Shown piece by piece: positions 38,182-50,526 of a stretch of 52,543 bases of DNA. The notes under the pieces were generated by a model. It saw only the letters and a program-made list of their open reading frames with translations, did not search any database and was not told the origin of the DNA. The number at the start of each line of letters is the position of its first letter. The first letter of the stretch is position 1. The stretch spans positions 1 through 52,543 of the forward strand of contig JBNGIO010005481.1 in the NCBI GenBank assembly GCA_049999805.1, given 5' to 3'. The stretch is from Folioceros fuciformis. Taxonomy: Eukaryota. A program made the translations under genes and the position numbers.

Positions 38182-38932
38182 GTTTGTGGGAGGAGTGTGT
38201 GTGGGTTAACCGGCGAGCTCTGCCCGGTCAGTTAGGACACGGTACTCGTACCGGGGCCGGTTAGCTACCCGTGCAAAGAAGGTGCAGTGCCCCTGCTCCG
38301 CAAACGGTCATACGGACTTCACGCGAGTGCGGCGTCCGAGCTTTGGCGGGACCGTTATCTGGACAAGAGCAGGCAGCAAGCTACCGAGGCCGGGCCTCAC
38401 GCCGCGGCTTGGCCGCCTTCTTGGCCTGCAGCACGGACTGTGCGGAACGCGGAGGCGAGGGCCCGAACCTGCCACGGCGTTCAAAACGCATGGAATGAGC
38501 AGCTGCCCAGCTGCAGCCTTGGACGCTGCGGTGCACATCCGTGGTGCTGCTGGCCAGCTCTGCTACTGTGGCATGCCGGAGGCTTCGATGACGAGATAAA
38601 AAGGCCGCGAGTGTAGACGGAATGGCGCACCAGATGAAAGGCTTGGAAGGGGTAGGGGTGGGGAGATGGTGGTGGACAGTGGTGACACCGGCTGGCTCCG
38701 GGTTCCTTGTTGCAAGCAGAGTGATTTGAGGATGCACAGATCCGCTGCACCTGGAGTGAGGGAGGAGGTTTCGGAGATGTATCCTGGCCCAGTGCGGCGA
38801 TGCAGGTGCGGGAGGTGGGTTGTGAGGTTTGAACACATGGTGGGTAGCAGCAGAGTGAGTTGCAGTGGGGCAACCTGGGCTGGGCTGGGGCAGCCGTGAA
38901 GGAATTCCTTCCAAGAGGCGTGCTGCTCAGCC

Positions 38933-41900
38933 ATGGCAGCAGCAGCAGCCGGCGGTACAGAGTATCACCAGCTGGATCAAGGAGCGCAAGAAGCAGCTCC
39001 AGCGATCATGAGTTTCAGAGAGCACTTCCCCTTCAGCATGGGTCCTGCTTCCGCCAAGGGCCGAGGTCTCAAGGGCACCAGCAAGAACATGAAGCTTGCA
39101 GCTGCCCTGACTTGTCTGCAATTCACCTTCGCTTTGTATGCCACTTTTCTGCTCTACTTCATGAGCCCAACAGTCGATTTGATGGCGGGCCCTGACATCT
39201 CCTGGGCCTCCCAGATTGCCAGGCAATGGCGGGAGTTGGTTGCCGTGCAGGCGAAGCACGTACATGCGGATGGGCATGGGCGTGGGCAAGGACTGCCCAA
39301 TTCCAACCAGGACAGTCCTGCCCTTACGTCTTTGCCACACCATGCTTTGGTTCCCAACTCCACCTCAGAGCCGCACCGGAAAAATGCCAGGCATCTGCCG
39401 CCAGAAAGGGATGACAACACCAAGGAGGCGGTTTGTGAGTTTCAGGAAATTGAGTTCACACAGAAGAAATCCAACGACACCAAGATGGTTGCCATCAAAA
39501 GGGATGTGTATCAATCCATTTTGGAGTTCCAGATGCAGAGAAATGGGCCTGGCGGTGCTGAGACCTTGGCCGAATTGCTGGCCTTGCCATCCACCACACG
39601 CACTGGTTCCGGCTTGCCAATATCTGCTCCTGCCAAGGTTTTTATCTATGAACCCTATCACACCCCACCATGACTTCGCCCCACAACACCAAAAGTACCT
39701 TGCCTAATGGCTGACCAACAAGTGCTCCCTTCTTCCAACGCAGATAACAGTAATACTCAATCACTTCAAACGGAGGACACTCTGCTCGCAACTAGACGCC
39801 CTTCTGCGTCAGACACTTCCATTCCACTCTCTGTGGGTTTTGGCATTTGGATCACCGAGGGCACACTCACTTCATCGGATTGTACAAACTTACAACGACA
39901 CCCGAATCTCCTTCATGGGTTCCTCCTATGACTTCAAGTATTACGGAAGATTCCAGCTGGCTCTACAAGTAAGTAGTGTTGCACTTGCACTTGCACCTGC
40001 TCCCTTCCCGATCCTACCACTCTCAAGCTCGTCCAAACCTGTCCGCATGTGCACCTGCTTGCCAGGCTGCAGATGCTGACTTCATATACATCCTGGACGA
40101 TGACATGATACCCGGACGCCGTGTATTGCAAATTCTAGCACATGTAGCTGGAACAGATAAGTATCACAACTCAGTACTCGGAAGCATAGGAAGGATTCTG
40201 CCATTCCGCCAAAAGGACTACAGCTTCCCCAGCTACCGCAAGTACGGATCGAGAGAGGCAGGGCTCTACCTGCCGGATCCAGCCTACGGTATTGTGGTGG
40301 AGAGGATGACGCAAGTCGACTTCCTGTCTAGCTCCTGGTTCCTGCCAGCCCACCTGGTGAAGGCTCTCTTCATCGAGACCCCCTTCACATTCGTGACGGG
40401 CGAGGACCTGCATCTCAGGTGAGCAAATACCGACGCACGTCCTTCCCTGCCCTAGCTTCGTTTGGAAACATGTGCCTCTTGTAGAAAAGATGCTGCTAAC
40501 CAGTTGCCGTCTCCAGCTACCAGCTTCAGAAATACAGAGATGCTTACTCATACGTGCTACCTATAGACCACTTGGACAAGGAGACATGGGGAGACAGCGA
40601 GCACCGGTTGGCCTATGTTGCCGAGACTACGGTAATCCACAAAGACATAGTGCAGATCCGAGACGAGCAATGGTGGAGGGCGATGTCCCGAGGCTACATC
40701 ACACAGTGGGCCAGAATGCACCCCCAGCAAAGCGACGCCCTCTTCTTCGTCAACACCCTGGAGGAGGCCCGGGACCTGGCTCCCCTCATCCTCAAGTTCC
40801 GCAGCACCCCTGGGAAGAAGGCCTTCGTGGTGGTGTCGGGCGGCCAGAACTGCCCCTGCGAGGAGACCGCTGCTGTCCTGGGCTGGAGCCTAAGGTCCTG
40901 CCACGACAGGCGCTTCAAAATCTTCGACCTGGAGGTGTGTATACAGCTCCTCCACAAAACGAACCCAAAAGCACGCATCCCATTCTCTGGCAATGCTGAC
41001 CCTCCCATCCTCTGTATCTCTGCAGGTGGGCTCCATCGCATACGGCACCGACGCCGCCGAGATTGCCGTCATACAGGAAGTGTACGCAGGAGTGAAAGGC
41101 CTGCTGCAGATCCACTCCCCGACAGTCTTGTTCGTGGTGGCCGACCTGGCGGTTCACGTCCGGCAGGCCCTGGGCCTGGCCATCATCAAGCTCCAGAACG
41201 TCACCACGCTGGTGCAGCTCCCCCGGCAAGTGGTGCGGCACGCCCTCTGGATTGCGGACATCAGACCTGCAGCCCTTCGACGTACCCGGCCTTTCCTCCC
41301 CTCCACTTCCATGGATGACATCCGTCTAGAAATTCCCTTCACCGACCCTAATCTCCTCTCCTCGTCTTGTGACCTGCAGAATGGAACCAGATGAAGATCT
41401 CGATCAATATCATCACACAAAACCGGCCATCCTCCCTGCTCCGCCTGCTCCACTCCCTCCAGGAGTCCCTTTACCTGGGCGATGAGGTGGCACTCTCCTT
41501 CAACATGGACAGCGGAGTGGACGCCCACACTCTCCGCGTCGCCCACTCATTCCCCTGGCCGCACGGTCCAAAGGCCATTCGCAGGCGCATCATCCCCGGC
41601 GGCCTCATCCGCGCAGTCAGCGAGAGCTGGTAAGCATTCAGCAACCAGAGCCCCCTTCAACTCCTGATCCTGAAGACTTATCAAGCATCGCAGCGAGCTC
41701 TGATCCGATACGCCCCCCTCTCTTCAGGTACCCGGCGTCAGACCACGAATTCGGCCTACTGTTGGAAGACGACATCGAAGTCTCCCCCTTCTTCTACATG
41801 TGGCTCAAGTACGCGCTGCTGGCCTACCACTACGACCCGGCTGTGATCCTCCCTGAACTCAACTCCATCGCCCTCTACACGCCGCGGGTGGTGGAGGTGG

Positions 41901-42596
41901 TGAAGGAACGGCCGCGCTGGAACGGAACGCAATTCTTCAACTCCAGCACGCCGTACCTGCATCAACTGCCTTGCAGCTGGGGAGCCCTCTTCTTCCCCCG
42001 CCACTGGCGCGAGTTCTACCGCTACATGGGCCAGCGCTTCACCATCGANNNNNNNNNNNNNNNNNNNNNNNNNNNNNNNNNNNNNNNNNNNNNNNNNNNN
42101 NNNNNNNNNNNNNNNNNNNNNNNNNNNNNNNNNNNNNNNNNNNNNNNNCACCATCGACCCGAAGCAGAACCCGGTGCAAATCCCGCGCTCGCGCACCAAC
42201 GGCTGGCAGGCCTCCTGGAAGAAGTTCCTCATCGACCTCATGTACTTACGCGGCTACGTCACGCTCTACCCCAACTTCCACAACCAAACCAGCTTCAGCA
42301 CTAACCACATGGAGCCCGGCGCGCATATCAACGCCTCCGATAACAGGGTGCCGCACCTCAGGGAGGACTTCCAGGTGCCGCTCCTCACTCGCCACTTCGT
42401 GCCCCTACTCCCCCAGGCCCGCCTACCCGCCGCGCCCGTCCTTCCAGTCCTCAACCTCTTCAACCAGCTGACCTCGCTCAAGGGACTCAAGGCGGCCGGA
42501 GCCAAGCTAGGCCAGGACGTCATCCCTTGCCAACGCAACCAGGTTGTCACAGTGGACCACATCACCGGCGAGCCGATTGGCTGCACCGACATCTGA
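38933..42596 (+). CDS. Glycosyltransferase family 2 protein (At5g60700-like), type II membrane
   Basis: TM KLAAALTCLQFTFALYATFLLYFMSP; DFKYYGRFQLALQ; YILDDDMIPG; TGEDLHL; ISINIITQNR; GLIRAVSESWYP; LLLEDDIEVSP; PYLHQLPCSWG; SWKKFLIDLMYLRGY. Start could instead be ATG 39008. Confidence 0.9.
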
Positions 42597-42918
42597 CTCC
42601 TCTCACGATTCATATCCATCAAGGTCTCAATTCAAGATAAGCGCCCATTCAGACAAGAGGTGACAAAGGACAGCCGGAAAACACGATACAAATTTTACTG
42701 CGATAAGCCTCCGAGAGGGAAAGGAACAAGCTCACAAGAATGAAGAACAGGCCTCTTGTTCCTTCATACAAAAGCCTCGGAAGGAAAATAGTGGCTCACA
42801 AGAAGGTTAAGCACCTTACATTTCTTCCTTCAATTTGTCCACCTGCGATCCTCTGCCTAAGCACCTTGGCGACACAACAAGACCGAGCGTTGTTGTGCAA
42901 GAAAATAGTACTGGGAGC

Positions 42919-43777
42919 CTAAGCGGTGGCGACAAGGGCACCTTGCGCCAACCTCTCCTCCCGTCTGGCGATCTTCCTCTCCCGCGTGGCCTTGTTCTTA
43001 GCACGCCGGGCCTCGAACTGGTCTGACAGAGTCTTTTCACGGGCCTTCTCCGCCTTCGACTTATGGATGCTCTCCATAAGCACCCGCTTGTTCTTGAACA
43101 CGTTACCCTTCACCTTCATGTACATGTCATGGTACATGTGCTTGTCGATCTTCTTCGCGTCCCTGTACTTACGGAGGAGACGGCGGAGCACACGCATCCG
43201 ACGAAGCCACAACACCTTCTGCGGCAACCTTGCGTCGCGTGTTCCGCGCCTCTTACCTGCGTGGCGAGCATCACAACTGCTGTCAACCTGCTGTGCTCTA
43301 AAACCCTACCCCCGAGACTCTAGTCCAGCCGAGAGGGAACACAGAATTCTGCCTACTGACCGTATCCAGAGTGACGACCCTTCCTTTTCGCTTCCAGAGC
43401 ACGCCGAGCTCGGGCTCGGGAGTGGATCTTCTGTGGCTTCCTGATAACGAAACCGTCCTTCACCAACTTCCGGATGTTTTGCCCTGGACCCCGAGTCAGA
43501 CTCCGCTGTTAGGCTCCTCCCAGATGAAAGTTGCAAGCCAGGACGGCGAAAAAATGGTAGCCACACGAACCAAAAAATAGTGAAGGAGGGTGGCTCGAGA
43601 GCCACGCCACAGCCACAGACTGCCAAGCCAAAATTCAGAAAAACTTCACAGAGAGCCGAACTTACGGGAGTTGGCCATCGAGATTTCATTGACCTCATTG
43701 GGATCCAGCCACACCTTACGCTGTCCGCAATTCAACACGCTCGCGGCTAGCCGCTTCTGCAGCTTGAGCGACACCAT
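42919..43777 (-). CDS. RPL19: 60S ribosomal protein L19 (eL19), 3 coding exons
   Basis: [54 protein letters not shown]...[34 protein letters not shown]...[23 protein letters not shown]. Confidence 0.97.
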
Positions 43778-43887
43778 GGCAACCGCCCGCTGCACACACG
43801 GCACAACCTGACTTCCGAGAAGAGGACGAAATAGGGCTGCTACCTGGTTTAAGAACTAGCAGCGGCGACCGATAGGGCTCTCAGCTC

Positions 43888-44216
43888 TTAGGGTTTAGGA
43901 GCACTGCTACCTTAAAATGTAAAAATTTTGCTTGTTTAACATGCGCCACAATTTTGGCATGATTTCTTGCCTTCCACGAAACGAAAGGTCTAGTGATTGG
44001 GCCGTGTTATTATTGGGAGTGGGGTCCCCGTTCCGTTCCTTCACTTTCGGGCGCAGTCTGTTCAGGGGTTAGGAAGCAAGTGCACCTCGCATCTACGCCC
44101 CTTGAATCTCTCACTCTGTTGCTTCTTGTCAGCAACTGATGACAGGCTGGGGCTGTGTGTATGGGTTGTACCCTTGTGTGTACTGCTGCCTGGTTCTCCG
44201 CTCGTGGTTAGGGTTT
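43888..44216. promoter_or_regulatory. Telo-boxes (AAACCCTAA on the minus strand at 43888-43896 and 44208-44216) with a site II-like TGGGCC (43998-44003) upstream of RPL19
   Basis: Exact motif matches; telo-box plus site II is the typical module of plant ribosomal-protein promoters. Confidence 0.55.
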
Positions 44217-46915
44217 CGAGTCGAGGTTGGAAGGGATGTGGATTTATGTGAGGTGAGTGGCAGTGCGTGGGGGCTGCAGCTGGTACTCCTCTACCAGTAT
44301 GATCAGCACTTTAAGAACATGAGGACGGGTACCAGAGAATGCAAGCCATGAATTTGACACCCAGACTTGACGTGGCCCGCGCGCTCTATCAGACAAGAGA
44401 GATGTGTGGACATGAGTGGCAAAATTTGCCTGATTGCTGTATTGGCAGCAGAAGTTATATCCGCCGCTGAAGCCTCTCTGCATCTGCTGCGGCCCGTCGA
44501 ACAGTCAATGCAAGTTTGGTGCGCAGAGAATCGTTTGCGCTTGCGCTTGCGTTTTGGAATGATGGGCATGTGTTACGACCAGAAACGCTGAATGTGCTAC
44601 GGCATTCACTGCAATTGCAGGAACGCCCTTACCGAAGAGTCACGCCATGTTGGAGGCTCATCCTTCTCAGTCACACGCCTCCTCANNNNNNNNNNNNNNN
44701 NNNNNNNNNNNNNNNNNNNNNNNNNNNNNNNNNNNNNNNNNNNNNNNNNNNNNNNNNNNNNNNNNNNNNNNNNNNNNNNNNNNNNAGACGCTGGTGCTGA
44801 CATATGTGAAAGATTACACCTGTTGCTGAGTACACAAAATGACGTTGAATTCCGATGATAAGTCGATTGACCTTGGAGATGGAGTGGTTCTTCATGTGCT
44901 CTTCACTGACAAGGGAAAGGTGAGCAGAGTCTTTATCAGCCAGAATACTCTGAATCCGGCAGTTTGTCTGGAATTCAAGGTTAGCTCACATTAGCTGAGA
45001 ATCCAAGAAATACTGAACCTTCGGTACTCAGATGTTTTCGATGAGTGAGGTGGCTGTGGAGCTCTTCCGAGAAAACCCTGGCGCTTTTGTGAAGGTGACA
45101 CGTCCTGGTTCTAGACGTACAAAATCACTTTGTGGCTGGGAATCACACATGCAGTTGTTTAAGATGCCGATTTCTTGTAGGAATTGCGGCTAGGCCGATA
45201 CAAGAGGTTGCACACTCTTGAGCCCAAAGTGTTACAAAGGATATCTCAACTGCACATCGCTTCGGAGTCGCATACTGTGCCGGGTGCTACTCTCATCCCA
45301 CCAGAAACATTACAGACTGTCCTGACGGATAAAAGAAGGGTATGAGACACGGACAATCGTTTACTTAATTAACTTCGTGCACCTATAATAGCAAACAGAC
45401 ATGAATGGTATTCAGACCAAAGGCGGAGAGAGACGTACTTTGTGAGCACGCTTATCGGTTTTCTATGACTTTCCTTCTGTGCAGGATGATCTTGTCCCAA
45501 AGTTGAAGATCGGCATGCTAAAGCTGGTAGCAGAAGAAGCAGCCATTCTTATTGGTAATGGTCAGCACGAAGCTGCACTCCCTGTGGCCATGGAAGCGAT
45601 CTCTCAAGGCCAGAAAATTTTCTATCCCTCTGCCACAGTGGAGCTTGTGCCTATATATCTGGTTGCAATTCAGGTACTTCAGTATCTGAGGACGGGAAGT
45701 ATTGAGCATCTCTTTCCTTCTGAAACTTGAGCTGTTCAAGCATAAAGAGAGACATGGTGGTCGAGGCTGGCAGGCAAATCTAGGGTTAGGACGAACTATA
45801 CAGGCTGGGGATCTGTTGGGAGTGGCAGCCTGGCTTCTCCTTCAGGCTCCTTCAGATGAAGGGACAAACTGTATAAGATCTGAGCTGAGCCGCCTGTTTG
45901 GCCAGTTGTACGTCCTCGAGGTTTTCCTACACCCATCTGATTGAGATGTGCTTCACATGGAACAGAAATGCATGATAGTGTCCTGTTCATGGATTATCCA
46001 CTCACCTGCTCAAAATAGAGCTAATTCAAGTTCATTGTTCTTTCTTCTCACCAAGTATGCATGTGAGGACTTCCATGCGCTCCTCCATTACCAACCATCT
46101 GCTTTCCTATCCATACGCAAGCATGGTTGCAGGAGAAGTTCAAAAAGGCGTTGAAGGCATTTTCAGAGGAGGTATACTACAGCTCTCTGGAGTATGGCGT
46201 GATGGATGTTCGGACAAGCCTCGGCTTTTACAGCTTGTCCAATGTGTTCCTTTGTGTTGTAAGTGAAGGTTGAAGTGAAGCAGATTTGCAGACTGATACT
46301 GCCTTCCCTCATTTGCCCGCCCTTTACATACTCCAATCCTGCCCTGCCACCTTGAGGTGCATAATAATTGTTGCTCGTTGGTGTCCTTCAGGGAAACGTT
46401 CCCAGCAGCATGGCATGTGTTGACATCGTGGTGGACATATGGATTTCAAATCTGAAAGAAGTGGTCATGGGCTTCCCCCAGACATGCCTTGCAAGTTGTG
46501 GTGAGCGATATCCAGGGGCACCTAACCCACCGACTAAACCAGCTACCACTGTAGACAGCATGAACCTTAAGGAAATTGCAAACATGTTTCGGGTGCGTGT
46601 TCTCCCTCTGATTGACAGGTCATAGATCGTCGGGCTATCAGCGTTTCCTATGTTTGCCAACTGTTCATGCTCATGCTGAAAACGTGCCTGCCTCAGGAGA
46701 TCTTGACACACCGGAAGAAATTCTGTGGGGCAGTGCATGTAAAGGTAGCGGAGACGGATTTTGTGCTGGCCCTCACTCTCATCCTGGACAGGGAGTATGG
46801 GCAAGCAGTCGGGCACCTGATGCAAGCGCACTCCGTCTACAAGCAGAAGGGCGACCAGGACATGGTGCATACAGTGGGCCTCGCTAAGAAGTTCATTCCA
46901 GCTTCCGAGGGATGA
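44139..46915 (+). CDS. ZMYND12: ZMYND12 / inner-arm dynein p38-like axonemal protein; 5' end uncertain and interrupted by an N gap
   Basis: AALPVAMEA...VELVPIYLVAIQANLGLGRTIQAGDLLGVAAW...RSELSRLFGQLY...EVYYSSLEYGVMDVRTSLGFYSLSNVF...VVDIW matches the ZMYND12 TPR-like core; stop 46913-46915. Confidence 0.78.
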
Positions 46916-47137
46916 ACTACCCTCGCTTTGTTACAGGTGCACCAGCATGGGGATCATTCAGCCAGGAATTTATGGTGACCATTCTCTATTCAACAAGCTC
47001 CCTACCAGGAGCATCAATTATTACAATAAGGTGTTCACCATCGGTGAACCCAATTTGCGTGGATTAATAATCCTCCGCCGACACCGGGGATGGAATGACT
47101 GCCTAGTAAATAAATGGGAGGCAAATAAATGTGAGGT

Positions 47138-50100
47138 CTAATTGACACTGGGAGACTCGTGAGATTCCTGCCGGATGCCGCTGGCTTGTCCTTGGCCAGG
47201 AACCAAGCCGGCTGTTGTGGTTTTCTTCTGCTCGGCCCGAGAGACGTAGGCCTCGCTTTGCATCTCCGTAAGCCGGGAGACAATGCGGGCAGTGGCTAAT
47301 CTTGTGAAACTGGAGCGTTGAAGGCCGGCAATGGATGCCCCAGGCCTGCCCGTCCCACTCCACTCCATGCCTCCAAACAGGGAAGTCGACCGGCCCGCGC
47401 TTCCACCCTCCCCCACTATCTGCAGAGTCACATCCTGCATGTCTTTCTCCACCTCCGATCTGCCGCTGTAATCCTTAGGACCAGACATCCCAGCATCAGG
47501 GTGTGGCGACTCGTCGAAGAGCCTCTCGAGAGGAAGGGCAGCAGAGCACACTAGTATGGTGTTGGACTCGTAGAGGATATCCACGAGGTTGATGAATCGG
47601 CGGAGTTCGTTCTCTTTTGCAGGATCTCCCAGCCATGGGATTCTGCAATCCATAAAAGCCAGATGTCAGCATCACAAGCGTGGTCCGAAAGGGACTGCAA
47701 CCGATGTTACCAAGGCCAAACTTCACCTGTCAAGGACCAGGGCTCGGAAATTCTTTGCGATTGCATAGTAATCTGCAGCTCCGTATGCACCTCCACATAA
47801 GTACGAGAAGGAGGCGCGGGCTACACCTTGTGCACAAACGATCTGCAGGAACCTGCCCATCATGACGGATATGCTCATGGTGCTTCCTTCGTGTCCTCCT
47901 GCAAAGGTTTTTTCCGTCAGCAGTTGTCAAGAACATCGACTGATCCACAAAGGAGTGCAGAAGCAGGCCGCAGCGGAGACTCACCTGTCAATGACAGAAA
48001 CTCCCTGTGCATGGCTGCATCCGTGTCGTCCGTCAATGGATACAAGTAGACTTGCCGCAGATTGGTATGCCCTCTTCGGTAGTCCCTACCACCATCTAAA
48101 CTGTATACACGGCAGTACTCCTTTAGCTGTTGGATGAAAGGTACAAACTGCATACAAAGCAAAATGAGGACCTCGAATGAAACAACTGCATCACGGCAAG
48201 TACTTCCCCGCCCAACAAAAGAGAGACAGACGTGACAACACTACAGTGCATGCTGCTAACTGCCCACAAATGTGCAACTTAAACCTGACGTGAAGGAAGA
48301 CTACTAAAACATGAGCAAGGTAGCAGCGTTCCGGTAAAGGAGAAGGAAAACAAGTCCGCACCAGGTGTCTGTTGAGACCATTCCGATATAACTGATCTGG
48401 GGTACTGTTAGATGTCGCGACGAGAACAGCCCCTTCCGGCCATAGCTCAGCAAACAGTCTTTTCAAGATCAGAGCATCTGCAACATCGGTCACTGCAAAA
48501 CCAAGGTTGCACGGTCAAAACCCAGACAGTACCCCGGCTGACAGCAACGTCACACGCTTGAAAAAGTCAAAAATCTCCTGCACCTTCAACCTCATCCAGG
48601 CAGATAAGGCGAGCTTCACTCAGAATTTGCTGGGCAACCGCCTTTATGGGCTCATCAGATCCAGCTCCGAAGTTCTTCCCAACGCTCAAATTATGTAGGC
48701 GCATGTGGATCTCCAGCCTGAGGAAACGCTCACAACTGATCAGCATCTACAACGGGGAGCCTACAGCCTCTACAGGACCAGAAACGACATCGTCTGATAT
48801 AAGGTGCACAAAACGTAGTTCGCTTTCCACTCAGCACACGAGCCAAACGTTAGTACCCTACATAAAGGCGTGAAAATGTATCCTCCGCTTCTTCTGAACT
48901 TCAGCACTGTTGTAGAAGAGATCCATCAGCATGGTCTTACCAGTGCCCACTCCACCATACATGTAGATCCCGCGAACGGGATCCCTTGTTCTATGAACGA
49001 GTCGTTTGTAGTACGGTGAGAAGGCAGAGAAAGTACCTCGCAACCAGCTGGCAACCGCAACAATCACACATCAACACAAAAATCTCCTCCTCCTCCACAA
49101 GCCTCTCTCGCATCAAAACAGAAAGATCCGAACGGGCCAAAAAAAAAAAAAGAGAGCCCCCCCTACCTTGGTGATTCTCCATCAGCAATCTCCCTCGAGA
49201 GCACATCTAACGATGACACAACCTGCTCCTGGTACCCGACATCGATCAACGACCACCCACGCTGTCAATACAACACAAACACCACCCATGTCTCCTCCAA
49301 GAAAAAAAAACCCGCACGAAGTACCTGCGCCCGATCACCAGCTTGGAGCTTCCCTCCATCAACGAGCCTCTGATAAGCCCCCACCACGCCCTCAGCACCG
49401 GAAGAAAAGCGACGCACAAGGAAGTGCACCAGTCGTACCCCCGCGACGCTCTCCCCGATCGCCCCCCGCGCTGCCACAGCCAAATCCACCGGGCCAGCTC
49501 ACGTCACACAACCCAACAATGCAGAGAGGCAGAAAATCCGCCACCCACCACGGACATCAACATTCCCATCAGACCCAACAAACACACACCCACAGCCATG
49601 TCGCGTCGGCCCCAGCACGCCCAGGAAAGCACCGTCCAGCCGAGTCCCAATCCCACGCAGCCCAATCCAGGACCAATTCAAGACAGGCAGCGCCAAGGCC
49701 AGGCGAGCAGGCAGGCCACGCCGGTGCCGGTGCAGAGCAGGTGCCGGGTGCCGTGCGTATACCAGTGCGGGCCAGCTCGGGGCTACATGGCCAGATCAGA
49801 CATTAAACTGGTGCTTATCCCAATCAGCGACGAGCACGGCGTAACCGGACAGGTCCAAGACGCAAAAGCAGCAGCCGGACATGGACCGACTGACCCAAAA
49901 GGGCAGGGCAGGGCAGGGCAGTAGGCAGGCCCCACACCGGCCCTCACGGCCGCAGTGCTGTATGTACAGTCATGTACATATGCAATGCAGTCCGCAGTCC
50001 CAGAGTACGGCCCGTGGGTCGGACGGTACGCAGCAAGTACTCACCACCCCAAGTCCGAAGGATCAACGCTGGCCGCATCCTCGCACGTTCCTCGCAAGCC

Positions 50101-50225
50101 GTTATTGAAATCGAGCTGCCGAGTCCAGGCCCACCTGAGCTCGCCTCGCTCCGGGCGCCCAATGCGGGCCGCGGCAGCCATCTGCGCCGGGTTCTCACTC
50201 TCCACAACCAAGCCAACCGAGACAT
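47138..50225 (-). CDS. AFG1L: AFG1-like (LACE1/ZapE) mitochondrial ATPase
   Basis: Walker [80 protein letters not shown]; Arg-rich presequence-like N-terminus (start approximate). Confidence 0.9.
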
Positions 50226-50526
50226 GTCGCCACCCAGCTGCCGTAACGCGTCCACAGCTACCGCCAATGCCGTGTCCTATTGTCTACGCACATATCTAAT
50301 TTCTTACAACCCATCTTCAAACTGTACACATATCTTACCTTCTCGCCTACGCACGCACCCTTTATTATACCCAATCCCGGCCCGGATTTGGCTTCTCAGA
50401 TAAGCCTATTTTAAATCAAGTACATACTTTCTGTCCCTTATCCTTCTATTCTTAAAGAGGGTTCTCTAAATTAAGTACTTCCTCACTTACCTCATATTAC
50501 CAATATACTCACAAACAAAGTGTTCC

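Noticed and set aside
43484-43663. Possible intronic snoRNA in RPL19 intron 1
   Set aside because: No box C (RTGATGA)/D pair or clear H/ACA architecture seen
49168-49924. Long Pro/Gln-rich plus-strand ORFs (212 and 193 aa)
   Set aside because: Antisense to AFG1L 5' exons and introns; low complexity from strand-biased GC-rich sequence
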